Shown here piece after piece: positions 28,705 through 37,876 of a stretch of 64,000 nt of DNA. The DNA is from an uncultured Chlamydiales bacterium (lineage in GTDB: Bacteria > Chlamydiota > Chlamydiia > Chlamydiales > JAAKFR01): the NCBI GenBank assembly GCA_963699155.1, contig OY969414.1, forward strand, positions 1,093,327 to 1,157,326, written 5' to 3'. The position numbers and the translations under genes are program-made. Each line of letters begins with the position of its first letter. Position 1 is the stretch's first letter. The notes beneath the pieces are model-generated. The model had not been told where the DNA came from. It saw only the letters and a list, made by a program, of their open reading frames with translations, and made no database searches.

Positions 28705-28845
28705 TAGTTTCTCCCAAGTAATTGAAATTTTGCGGCCAATTTATGCTCTTTCTCTTCATTTGTGCAATCGAAAAAGAAGGAGTAGGCTCTTGACAGGCAA
28801 TCTGTCGAAGATGATAGTGCTAAAGCAAAAAACTGAGGGAGTTCT

Positions 28846-29646
28846 ATGAAATGTGTCATTCTGGCGGGCGGCCTCGGTTCTCGTCTTGCTGAGGAAACCG
28901 ATATGAAACCGAAGCCGATGGTCGAAATCGGTGGCTATCCCATCATTTGGCATATTATGAAAATCTACTCTCACTATGGGATCAACGACTTTATTATCTG
29001 CCTGGGATACAAAGGCTACATGGTAAAAGATTACTTTCTCAGGTACTCAGAAAGGCTGTCTAATCTCACGATCGATCTCAGCCGGAATCTAGTCTCCTTT
29101 CATCAAAATTTATCAGAGCCATGGAAAATTACCTTAGTGGATACAGGAGAGAAAACGTTGACAGGGGGGAGATTAAAACGGATAGCCCCCTACTTAGGTG
29201 AAGAGGACTTTTGCTGCACTTATGGCGATGGAGTGGCAGACATCGATCTTCCTCTTTTATTGGAAGCCCATCGAAACTCTGGATCTCTCGCCACTGTCAC
29301 AGCTGTGCGGCCTCCAGGCAGGTTTGGTGCTTTGGAGTTTTCTGGAAATCAAGTTGTCGGATTCCGTGAAAAACCAGAGGGCGACGGCACTTGGATAAAC
29401 GGCGGATTCTTTGTCTTATCCCCCAAAGTGCTCTCTTTGGTTGAAGATGATTCGACCACTTGGGAACATGAGCCCATGCAAGAGCTCGTCCGAAGTGAAG
29501 AGCTCAATACCTACTTTCATCGTGGTTTTTGGCAACCTATGGACACGCTGAGAGATAAAAAACTTTTAGAAAAGCTATGGGAGGAGGGGGCACCTTGGAA
29601 AGTATGGGATAAAGAGTATGCCCTTGTGGAGACGACTCTATGCTGA
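28846..29646 (+). CDS. rfbF: glucose-1-phosphate cytidylyltransferase
   Basis: 266 aa. MKCVILAGGLGSRLAEETDMKPKPMVEIGGYPIIWHIM is the characteristic N-terminus. RBS gagggag lies upstream. Confidence 0.92.
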   Translation: MKCVILAGGLGSRLAEETDMKPKPMVEIGGYPIIWHIMKIYSHYGINDFIICLGYKGYMVKDYFLRYSERLSNLTIDLSRNLVSFHQNLSEPWKITLVDTGEKTLTGGRLKRIAPYLGEEDFCCTYGDGVADIDLPLLLEAHRNSGSLATVTAVRPPGRFGALEFSGNQVVGFREKPEGDGTWINGGFFVLSPKVLSLVEDDSTTWEHEPMQELVRSEELNTYFHRGFWQPMDTLRDKKLLEKLWEEGAPWKVWDKEYALVETTLC

Positions 29647-30719
29647 CACCCACTTTTTGGGCGGATAAACGGGTCTTAGTGACGGGACAAACCGGTTTTG
29701 TGGGATCTTGGCTTTCGATGACCCTATTAGAACTTGGTGCCAATGTTTTTGGTTATGCCCTAGAACCTAACACCGATCCGAACCTCTTTTCACTGCTCGA
29801 ATTAGAAGATCGACTGACCGGACATTGCTTCGGCGACATCCGTGATCTTGACTCACTGAGCTCCTTTTGTGAGCAATCTGCGCCTGAGATCATCATCCAT
29901 CTCGCTGCACAGCCATTGGTGGGTTATGCCTATTATCACCCTGTAGAGACCTTTGAGACTAACGCCATGGGCACTGTCCATCTCCTCGAATGCTTCAAAG
30001 AGTCTACCACGGCACGAATTCTACTCAATGTCACTACAGATAAATGCTATGAAAACAGAGAGTGGGAATGGGCATATCGGGAAAATGATGCCTTGGGTGG
30101 AAAAGAGCCCTATAGTAGCAGTAAAGCCTGTTCCGAACTGATCACGGCAGCCTACCGTCATTCCTATCTCTCACTGCAAAATAAGGGGATCGCCACCGCG
30201 AGAGCCGGCAATATTATTGGCGGTGGTGACTGGTCAAAAGATCGCCTGATTCCCGATTTTATGCGTGCTCTTATCTCTAAGAAACCATTGGATATCCGCT
30301 ACCCAGGCGCTACACGCCCTTGGCAATATGTTTTAGAGCCTGTTTTTGGCTACCTGAAGTTGTGTGAAAAGCTTTGGGAAGAGCCTGATCAGCATAGTGA
30401 GGGGTGGAATTTTGGCCCTAGGGAAGAGGATGTGCAGACGGTAGAGTCAATTATCCGCACCCTTTGTGAATATTATCCTGTGGAAATTAATTGGTCTTCA
30501 AACAAGCAATTTTACGAGAGCAAACTCCTGAAATTAGATGTTTCCAAAGCCAAAAAATATCTATCTTGGAGCCCTACCATCCCCCTTGAAGAGGCGCTAG
30601 AAAGGACAATGAACTGGTATCTAGCCTACGTCAATCAGGAAGACATGTTTGAATATACTCAGCAGGAGATTCTAGCCCACCTGCAAACCCTTGAACCTAT
30701 AATGTCCCTGGAAATTTGA
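29640..30719 (+). CDS. rfbG: CDP-glucose 4,6-dehydratase
   Basis: 359 aa with FWADKRVLVTGQTGFVGSWL and YSSSK (YxxxK). 7-nt overlap with rfbF. Confidence 0.92.
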   Translation: MLTPTFWADKRVLVTGQTGFVGSWLSMTLLELGANVFGYALEPNTDPNLFSLLELEDRLTGHCFGDIRDLDSLSSFCEQSAPEIIIHLAAQPLVGYAYYHPVETFETNAMGTVHLLECFKESTTARILLNVTTDKCYENREWEWAYRENDALGGKEPYSSSKACSELITAAYRHSYLSLQNKGIATARAGNIIGGGDWSKDRLIPDFMRALISKKPLDIRYPGATRPWQYVLEPVFGYLKLCEKLWEEPDQHSEGWNFGPREEDVQTVESIIRTLCEYYPVEINWSSNKQFYESKLLKLDVSKAKKYLSWSPTIPLEEALERTMNWYLAYVNQEDMFEYTQQEILAHLQTLEPIMSLEI

Positions 30720-30784
30720 TTGATTTTTTAGCTTTCTTTTCTTAATGTCCTTGGAAAACTACAGACCTAGATAAGGAAAAAATT

Positions 30785-31933
30785 ATGAAGCTGTTACGTG
30801 CGATTAAAAGAACGGCAAAAAATTCGGATGCTCATACTAAAATTTTGGAAGAGATCAGAGAGGAGATTGTCCGACTCAAAGAAGAAACCAATTCGCACCT
30901 ACAAAACAATCTCGCTTTAAATCAACAGATCGCTTCAATGCAGCGCGCCCATCTCGAGCTTCTTTCACATTTTGCATCGAAAGAGGGAAAACCATTCGAT
31001 TTTACCCAATTTCAACGACCCATTGAGGCAGATAAAGAGGCAAGCTCGAGCAAAGATGCCATTGCACGGATGCCTCTTCTTATCGCTGAAAAGACCTATA
31101 ACACCGGGCATCCTGATTATAATGCCAATTTAGTCCGCAATTTTCCTACACGCATCTTGAATGCCGAACGAGGCTCTAACAACAATGTTTACAAGGCACT
31201 TCTTGCCAGAGCCCAAAAGAAAAAAGGGATCACAGAGATTCCCGACAATACCTGGCAGCCCATTCTGGATGCCATGCTCAAAGAGGTCTCGGAAATTCCT
31301 CATGCAGAACAAGTTTTTGAACGAAAGAGTTATATCGAAAATTATATTGCCGAGCTTAGCCATCGCTACAAAGCCCACTATCATGCAGGCTGGGTCAATC
31401 TTGAAGATGCCCTTTTCCTCTACTGGCTTATCCGCACGCTCAAACCCAAGACAATTGTTCAAACTGGTGTCTGCAACGGTCTATCGAGTGCTTTCATGAT
31501 GTTAGCTCTCGTAAAAAACGGCCCGGAAGGACAACTCTACGTGATCGATCTTCCTGCTATTTTCGACCCCAAAGATCCCGCTTGGACGATCAAAGACAAG
31601 GTTTATGGTGTCCTAATACCTGAGGGGCAATCTTCAGGATGGATGGTCCCTGATGCCTACCGCAGCCGCTTCCATGTCCAGTGTGGAGATGCCAAACTCC
31701 TTCTTCCTCCCCTAGTCGACAAACTCGATAACATCGATCTCTTCTACCACGACTCGGACCACACCTATCACCATATGATGTTCGAATTCCGTGAAGCTAA
31801 GCGCAAACTTTCTCCAGGGGGCCTCATCGTCGGTGACGACATCTCCTGGAATGAATCCGTCTGGGATTTTGCCGATCAGTATCAGGTCCCTTCCTATAAC
31901 TACAAGGGTGCTGTAGGGGTCGCTTTCTTTTAA
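30785..31933 (+). CDS. class I SAM-dependent methyltransferase (Methyltransf_24/CmcI-like) with an N-terminal coiled-coil module of about 75 aa
   Basis: The C-terminal 200 aa contain IVQTGVCNGLSS (SAM motif I) and YHDSDHTYHH. The N-terminus MKLLRAIKR...QRAHLELL...GKPFDF is homologous to the small ORF at 36869-37078. Confidence 0.65.
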   Translation: MKLLRAIKRTAKNSDAHTKILEEIREEIVRLKEETNSHLQNNLALNQQIASMQRAHLELLSHFASKEGKPFDFTQFQRPIEADKEASSSKDAIARMPLLIAEKTYNTGHPDYNANLVRNFPTRILNAERGSNNNVYKALLARAQKKKGITEIPDNTWQPILDAMLKEVSEIPHAEQVFERKSYIENYIAELSHRYKAHYHAGWVNLEDALFLYWLIRTLKPKTIVQTGVCNGLSSAFMMLALVKNGPEGQLYVIDLPAIFDPKDPAWTIKDKVYGVLIPEGQSSGWMVPDAYRSRFHVQCGDAKLLLPPLVDKLDNIDLFYHDSDHTYHHMMFEFREAKRKLSPGGLIVGDDISWNESVWDFADQYQVPSYNYKGAVGVAFF

Positions 31934-32484
31934 TAATCCTTTTTCAAATCAACGTGGGTTCTGAGTATTTCGTCAGTTGGATCGATCATATCGAATTGTT
32001 GATTCATAAATAGGTGTCCTGCTTTGACATCTTTAAAAAAGATAGGGGAATGTGAACGCACGAGCTGATGTCGTGAATGGTTTGAAATGGCTTCTAATTT
32101 AGCACGATAATCTGTCCATTGCTGCTCTGTACGATAATGTTGCTGAATGGGCAGCTGATCACTGGTTGAATGAGCGCCCTTCTCTGCAATAACAATCGTG
32201 GCCATTTCATAAGGTGAAGTAAAACTCGAAATATGTCTTTTCGGATCCTTGAGCCAATCTCTATTGATGCAAAAGGCATTGACCATATTTTTTGATGCAT
32301 CGGTCACAAGTTGAATCTCTTTATAATTTAGTTTTGAGGGGATTCCAAATGAAGAAATTAACTCTAAAACTTCACTGGGGGAATTGTAGATGGTTTGACG
32401 ACCAATAAGTAAGACATCTCCATCAATTGCTCGATGAAGATGTTCCCTATAGATGGATTCAATGACTTCTCTAATAAGACCCAA
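31930..32484 (-). CDS. hypothetical protein
   Basis: 184-aa ORF, convergent with the methyltransferase gene. No motif recognised. Confidence 0.4.
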   Translation of the reverse strand: MGLIREVIESIYREHLHRAIDGDVLLIGRQTIYNSPSEVLELISSFGIPSKLNYKEIQLVTDASKNMVNAFCINRDWLKDPKRHISSFTSPYEMATIVIAEKGAHSTSDQLPIQQHYRTEQQWTDYRAKLEAISNHSRHQLVRSHSPIFFKDVKAGHLFMNQQFDMIDPTDEILRTHVDLKKDY

Positions 32485-32524
32485 TTTTCTTTCTCATTGT
32501 CATGTGGTTCGTTAGGGCTGAAGA

Positions 32525-33811
32525 TTAACTCTTTTGCTCAGCAGGCTTCAATTGTTCCTGTTTAAAGTTTTCTGCTTTGATTCCCATCAAGCTCCTTCGC
32601 AGCCACTTTTGTACAGGTCGCTCAAAGAGGATGTAGCTCAGACGACTGAGCACTAAGATGCAAGCCATGGCAATCGCAAAAAGTAGCCAGGGATTCAGTC
32701 CGAGATAATAAAAATCTCTTGGATACAACAAAAAGAAGGCATGGAGGAGATAGATCGAGTAGCTTGCTTCTCCGAGCTTAACTAATATGGGATGGGAAAT
32801 AGATCGGCTGAGGAAGTTTTTTGAATAGCGGGTTAAACACAAAATGAGGAGTGTTATGAAAGGAACAATTAGAAGTGAACCTGAACGTCCGATCAAGGTA
32901 TAATAAGGAGCCAATCTGATATAAAATAAATAGTGGCCCAAAATCAGGCTAGCCAAACTGATGAATGTGATGGTTCCGCCGTATTTGCTTTCAAAAGAGC
33001 CTAGAGGTTGGTTTTTCATGCGCAAATAAAGATTGGCAATTAATGCCCCAATAAAAAAGGCTGGTAGATTGATGATCGGATTAAAGTAATAGAGCCAACG
33101 TAATAGTGAATCTTGATACCCAGCTTGTGAACTTGCCTTTTCACCAAAGCCAATGAGAGCCACATGGTCAATTTGCGCTTCATGTCGAGTGATAAATAAA
33201 ATACAACTTAAGACAAAGATTTGTGAGATGACTATCCATGCTACTTGCTTGAGGAGGCTTTTTTGTTTAACTAACCACCCCGCAAAAAGAAGATAAAAAA
33301 GATAAAAAAAAAGCTCGAGACTGATGGACCAAGAGACAGCTGCAGCCATATGATATTGGTAAATAAGGCTGTTGGTCGCGATGATCCCATAGATCCAATC
33401 CTGAGTTAGGGTCAGATAATAGGGCAATGCGAGTAAAAACCCCCATCTATCCCCAGCATGGCCACACGATCCTCGATGCAGATGAAAACCGATGAAAAAT
33501 TCTATGGCAAAAATGACAATATAGAGTGGATAAATACGAGTGAAACGGGCCACCAAGAAATTTTTCAAACCATTCGGCTTCTGATGAACCTGGTTGTAGT
33601 TATAATGGATCACAAAGCCGCTCAGCACGAAGAAGAGAGGCATCCCAATCCCTGATAAAGTCCCTAAAATGTTAGTCAGAGGACCAGTGACTCCTTGATC
33701 GCAAACCACCATCGCCGTGTAATGTGCGATCATCACCAAAAATGCCGCAAAAAAACGAAGGCCATCTAAAACCGGCAGTCTTTCAGGGGATAAAGTTGTT
33801 TTAGGATGCAT
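32525..33811 (-). CDS. acyltransferase family 3 (OafA-like) membrane O-acyltransferase
   Basis: 428 aa with LDGLRFFAAFLVMIAHY and about 10 TM segments. Confidence 0.85.
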   Translation of the reverse strand: MHPKTTLSPERLPVLDGLRFFAAFLVMIAHYTAMVVCDQGVTGPLTNILGTLSGIGMPLFFVLSGFVIHYNYNQVHQKPNGLKNFLVARFTRIYPLYIVIFAIEFFIGFHLHRGSCGHAGDRWGFLLALPYYLTLTQDWIYGIIATNSLIYQYHMAAAVSWSISLELFFYLFYLLFAGWLVKQKSLLKQVAWIVISQIFVLSCILFITRHEAQIDHVALIGFGEKASSQAGYQDSLLRWLYYFNPIINLPAFFIGALIANLYLRMKNQPLGSFESKYGGTITFISLASLILGHYLFYIRLAPYYTLIGRSGSLLIVPFITLLILCLTRYSKNFLSRSISHPILVKLGEASYSIYLLHAFFLLYPRDFYYLGLNPWLLFAIAMACILVLSRLSYILFERPVQKWLRRSLMGIKAENFKQEQLKPAEQKS

Positions 33812-33852
33812 AATTTTCGCTATTTTTTTTGTCTTTTACTATTTTATGAAGT

Positions 33853-34933
33853 TTAATTGGCTATATTGCTTAATAGCATGGTAAAAATAAAGAAGATGCG
33901 ACTCGATGGTAAGATGGGAGTGTGCAAAATCAGGGCATTCTTTGCCATCCTCTCAGCTTCAGAGTCGTTTCTCTTTGCCCATAACAGTCGGTCAACCAGA
34001 TCATTTAAATTTGAGTTAACTGGCACATAATGAACCCAAGGTTTTAGCTCATTATAGTGCCATTGAATTTCCGCTGAATCGGGTTTAATGATTAATGAGT
34101 TTAAAAAGAACTTCCAGCCTGAATGGGAGAAACTACAAGTGCTTCCATCAACTAAAATGTGATATTTATAGAATAGCTGTGCATCATAACTTAAAAAGTC
34201 GCCTTTATATTTTTGCAAGATTGCAGGATCTTCGATAAAAGTGGGTTCAATTATTGTGAATTTAGCATCAATCAACTCAGGATATTCTAATGAAAGTTGA
34301 CAGAGTTTGATTCTTGAAAATTGGTGCATATTATTTCTGCGAATGAAATAATTATTATCGAATCCTCTTTGGACAGATGATCCGCGCCACACTAGTGTTG
34401 ATTTCTTTTCATTCCAAGCTGATTCTACTTGGGTAATATCTCTATTTGGGAGCACTTGATATAACTCTTTTAATGCTTCAAAATCAGGAATTAAAATAAA
34501 ATTAGAATTTCGAGATTTTGCCATTACAAATATTGGAATTCCAATGTCTTCACCAAGTCTGTCATGCATCGTTATCATGAAACTTACATCAGGAAGAGTA
34601 GTTTTCGATGCCAAGAGCTTCAAAGCATCAATAAAAGCACCTCGCTCGATAAAGAAAGTTGTTAATGTCTGGCTTATATTCAAGGCAATGATCTATGAAA
34701 ATTTGATTATCTTTAATAGTAAACTTGACGAGACACCAATCATTTTTATATTTTTTGAAGACTTCATCCATTTTTCCTATTGATAAGGGAGCCCTCGAGT
34801 AAGGTACCAAATCGCTACGAATTTGCTTTTCCATCCAGGTGGGGCACGGCAAATCGAATCGGATTTCAGATGCAGAGGATCGCGTTGAAAGAGAAAAAAT
34901 AAGAAGTAATAGTAAAAGAAAAATCTTCTTCAT
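33853..34933 (-). pseudogene. GT90 (CAP10/POGLUT-like) glycosyltransferase, split by a 1-nt frameshift
   Basis: ORF 34628-34933 holds the signal peptide and N-terminal part. ORF 33853-34683 holds the CAP10 core (WRGS, KYHILVDGS, HYVPV...DL). They overlap by 56 nt in different frames. Confidence 0.7.
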
Positions 34934-34939
34934 AAATAC

Positions 34940-35725
34940 TTATTCTCCCTGCTTAAGTAATTCTGAGAAATTTTCAAGTAGGGCAATAATCTCTCGATCA
35001 CTTTTTCCTTTTAGATCGAGTTTTTTGAGAGAAGCGAGAATTGAAGAGGGGAAGGCATTGGGGTAGATCCACCAATCCTCAAAGGAGGAAACGTCTTCAC
35101 AAAGTAGATAATAACCTAATGAAGAAAGAATTTTACGTTCGCTGTTTTTAAACTTATCACCATATCGATAGCCATCATGTTCGATGGTAATAATTTTAAA
35201 GATATAGGCATCGAAGGGTATTTTGTTTAAAACAACATCATAAAGGTCATCAATATCTAAAGAAAGATAGTCAATAACTCGCGGAAAAGGTTTTAGAATT
35301 TTGTGATAATCACATGAAGTGGCATCTTCAATCAGTAAGGGATTTTTGCGGCAAGAAACCCATCTTTCGTAAAAAGCAGCAGAAATATCGATGCTAACGC
35401 CTTTCCAGTCATGGTAATTTTCAAAAAAATAACTGTTGTTAATTTCTTTAGGATCAGCTGCTCCAATTTCAAGATAATAGCCTTGATCTGTTTTACCAAG
35501 GAGTCGATAGAGCATTAAATAAACAAATTTATCTTGTGAAGCTTGCGAATGGAATAATCCCTCTAGTTCGGATAAGTTTTTTGATTGAAGTTCACCTTCG
35601 AAGCCAAAGCTCAGGAAGGGAGTACATATGAATAAACAGATCAGAATTTTTGTCAGCATTCTGAGCACTCCTTTAATAAGAAATATATTGGCGGGGAAAT
35701 TAGAGGGTGGAATCCTTTTTGTCAA
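34940..35725 (-). CDS. FkbM-like methyltransferase fold protein with N-terminal signal/anchor (tentative)
   Basis: GYYLEIGAADPKEINNSYFFE..WKGVSIDI and IDYLSLDIDD...IITIEHD resemble the Methyltransf_21 layout. Hydrophobic N-terminus MLTKILICLFICTPFLSFG. Confidence 0.45.
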   Translation of the reverse strand: MTKRIPPSNFPANIFLIKGVLRMLTKILICLFICTPFLSFGFEGELQSKNLSELEGLFHSQASQDKFVYLMLYRLLGKTDQGYYLEIGAADPKEINNSYFFENYHDWKGVSIDISAAFYERWVSCRKNPLLIEDATSCDYHKILKPFPRVIDYLSLDIDDLYDVVLNKIPFDAYIFKIITIEHDGYRYGDKFKNSERKILSSLGYYLLCEDVSSFEDWWIYPNAFPSSILASLKKLDLKGKSDREIIALLENFSELLKQGE

Positions 35726-35958
35726 AGGAAAAAATTTGCTCTGCCCATGTAGATCAACGAAGACCGATTTCTATCAGTGAATTAGAAGCTTTCTTTAGTA
35801 AAAACTGTAAGGAATTGTGGTTAGTCAAATTTGTTATAATCGATAATAAATCCTTAACTTTCTGATGGTGGATTATGTTCCTGTAGAAGTTAATTTAGAT
35901 AACTTGATTGATGCCATTTTAGTATTAAATAACAATGATAATCTGGCCAGAGCAATCG

Positions 35959-36834
35959 CTATTCGCTTCCTCCAATGATGGTAAGTATTCGATCATCCTC
36001 TTCCATATTATAGAATTCGTTGTTCATCTGGTATTCGCGCTCGGGCGGCCGGCCGAAATAGATGACTCTCGGGATTTTGACGTTGCGGAAGAACCATTCG
36101 TCGCGGAAGCTATAGTGGTTGATGCGAAGGAGCGCGTCGTTGACGGGGTAGGTATTGGCTGTGGCCCAGATTTCTTGATGGGAATTGAAGGGGTAGGGGT
36201 TACCTGAACCATCGGAAAAGGGGACAAGACCTGGGATTAAATGTGGATTGGGGACGTAAATGGTACTGAGATATTCGGGTTGAACGATCATTTTACCGAT
36301 TTTGTTGTCGCAGAAGTCGTGCTGGGAGCAGCGGGTGAGGTGGGGAAGGATGAGGCAGGGGGGTGGAAGCGAGATGAAGCTGGTACCGAAGAAGCGCCAG
36401 TTGACAAAGATCAACGGTTTGTAGGCATATTCTTCTTCCAGCGTTTCGGTCAAAGTCTCATATTTCATTGGGACAATAAATTCATCTGTATCGAGGAAAC
36501 TCAGCCATTTTGTTACCCCTTTGCAGCTCTTGAGCGCGTGTGTGTAGGCACCATTTTGTGTCACACCCCATTCGGCAAGAGTGGGCCATTTGACATAGTC
36601 GACAATGCCCTCACGGATATATGGTGCGAGGATTTCATGTGTTTCCTCACCTTCATTATTGTCATAGATATAAAAATGATCGGCGCCGATTAAACGGTGA
36701 TAATCAATCCACTCAGCGATATAGGGATGATCATCTTTGGTTATGGCAGCGATGGAAATATTATGAATGTATTTGACTTGTCCGTAGCAGCTGAAAGTCG
36801 CCAGCATTAACAATAGATAGAAAAGAGATTTCAA
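35959..36834 (-). CDS. GT92 (DUF23)-like glycosyltransferase with signal peptide
   Basis: 291 aa with AITKDDHPYIAEWIDYHRLIGADHFYIYDNN and LDTDEF (DxD). N-terminal MKSLFYLLLMLATFSCYG. Confidence 0.6.
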   Translation of the reverse strand: MKSLFYLLLMLATFSCYGQVKYIHNISIAAITKDDHPYIAEWIDYHRLIGADHFYIYDNNEGEETHEILAPYIREGIVDYVKWPTLAEWGVTQNGAYTHALKSCKGVTKWLSFLDTDEFIVPMKYETLTETLEEEYAYKPLIFVNWRFFGTSFISLPPPCLILPHLTRCSQHDFCDNKIGKMIVQPEYLSTIYVPNPHLIPGLVPFSDGSGNPYPFNSHQEIWATANTYPVNDALLRINHYSFRDEWFFRNVKIPRVIYFGRPPEREYQMNNEFYNMEEDDRILTIIGGSE

Positions 36835-36868
36835 GGGTTACCTCAGTAGTAATGGATTTACCTATGCC

Positions 36869-37078
36869 TCACGAATCGAAGATCTTCTCTTTTTTGCTTT
36901 CTACTGGGGTTTCAAAACCAAATGGCCTACCACCTTTCGCTACAATACGTGCGAGAAACTCAAGGTAGGCACGCTGCGTTGTTGCGATTTGGGTAACCTC
37001 TTTTTTGATTTCGTTTAACATTCTCGCACGCTCTTTTCTTTTTTTTAACCTTCTTTTAATTGCACTTAGCAACTTCAT
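36869..37078 (-). CDS. small protein homologous to the N-terminal module of the 30785 methyltransferase
   Basis: 69 aa. MKLLSAIKRR...QRAYLEFLARIVAKGGRPFGF aligns with MKLLRAIKRT...QRAHLELLSHFASKEGKPFDF. Confidence 0.55.
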   Translation of the reverse strand: MKLLSAIKRRLKKRKERARMLNEIKKEVTQIATTQRAYLEFLARIVAKGGRPFGFETPVESKKEKIFDS

Positions 37079-37099
37079 AATTTTCCCTTTTTCTCAAAA

Positions 37100-37870
37100 C
37101 TATTTTGTTTGGATCGGTGGATAACCTAAAGATAAATTCCTAGACTCCCAGAATTCTTTAAATGCGGCTATATGCATTTCTTTGAACTCATCCTTCCATC
37201 TACCAACCTTTTTCTTGACAGGGTTATATGACCCGCATTTTCCAAATGTTTTTTCAACAGCAATTTTTATCTCATCTACAGATCGCTGATATCCAAAAAA
37301 ACTACAGATATCTGAGAATAACTCAAATCGATCATTATCACATAAATTCCCACCTGCTTCTTGTCCAATAAAATCTTCAAATTTTAGTATTCGAGTAGAG
37401 TGAGGTTTTTCTTTTAAAAGTAGATCCATGAGATCTAAAGAGTATCTAGTATTAGTCATCAGGCCCGAAGCCATACGTTCTGATTTTATTACTTTTAAAA
37501 GCTGTTCGTCATAGGAATCACATAAAAATTCCATGGAATTGATTAGTGCAATATTATGATGCCCATGGGGACTTTCAACTATAGACTGTGCATTTTTTTT
37601 TATCCAAAAGGCAGCCGAAGAGATGCAATCTTTTAAATCTCTTCTTACTATAATAGTTTTTCCAACAAATTGTTCTGGCTTGCGCAGTCTCCATGGATAT
37701 AATTGAATCCAATAAGATCGCGTCAGCTCTGTATCTAATGTAAAATGATCAATAGCCACTTCCATATTCAGCATCTGCATGAGGAGATGTAAATACTGAG
37801 TACCAGATTTAGGAAATGTGACGACGGCATTATCAAGTAAGGGTTTTTCTTGCAGTATTTCTAAGTTCAT
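37100..37870 (-). CDS. PAPS-dependent sulfotransferase
   Basis: 256 aa with FPKSGTQYL (5'-PSB loop) and VRRDLKDCISS (3'-PB block). Confidence 0.75.
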   Translation of the reverse strand: MNLEILQEKPLLDNAVVTFPKSGTQYLHLLMQMLNMEVAIDHFTLDTELTRSYWIQLYPWRLRKPEQFVGKTIIVRRDLKDCISSAAFWIKKNAQSIVESPHGHHNIALINSMEFLCDSYDEQLLKVIKSERMASGLMTNTRYSLDLMDLLLKEKPHSTRILKFEDFIGQEAGGNLCDNDRFELFSDICSFFGYQRSVDEIKIAVEKTFGKCGSYNPVKKKVGRWKDEFKEMHIAAFKEFWESRNLSLGYPPIQTK

Positions 37871-37876
37871 AGGTAG

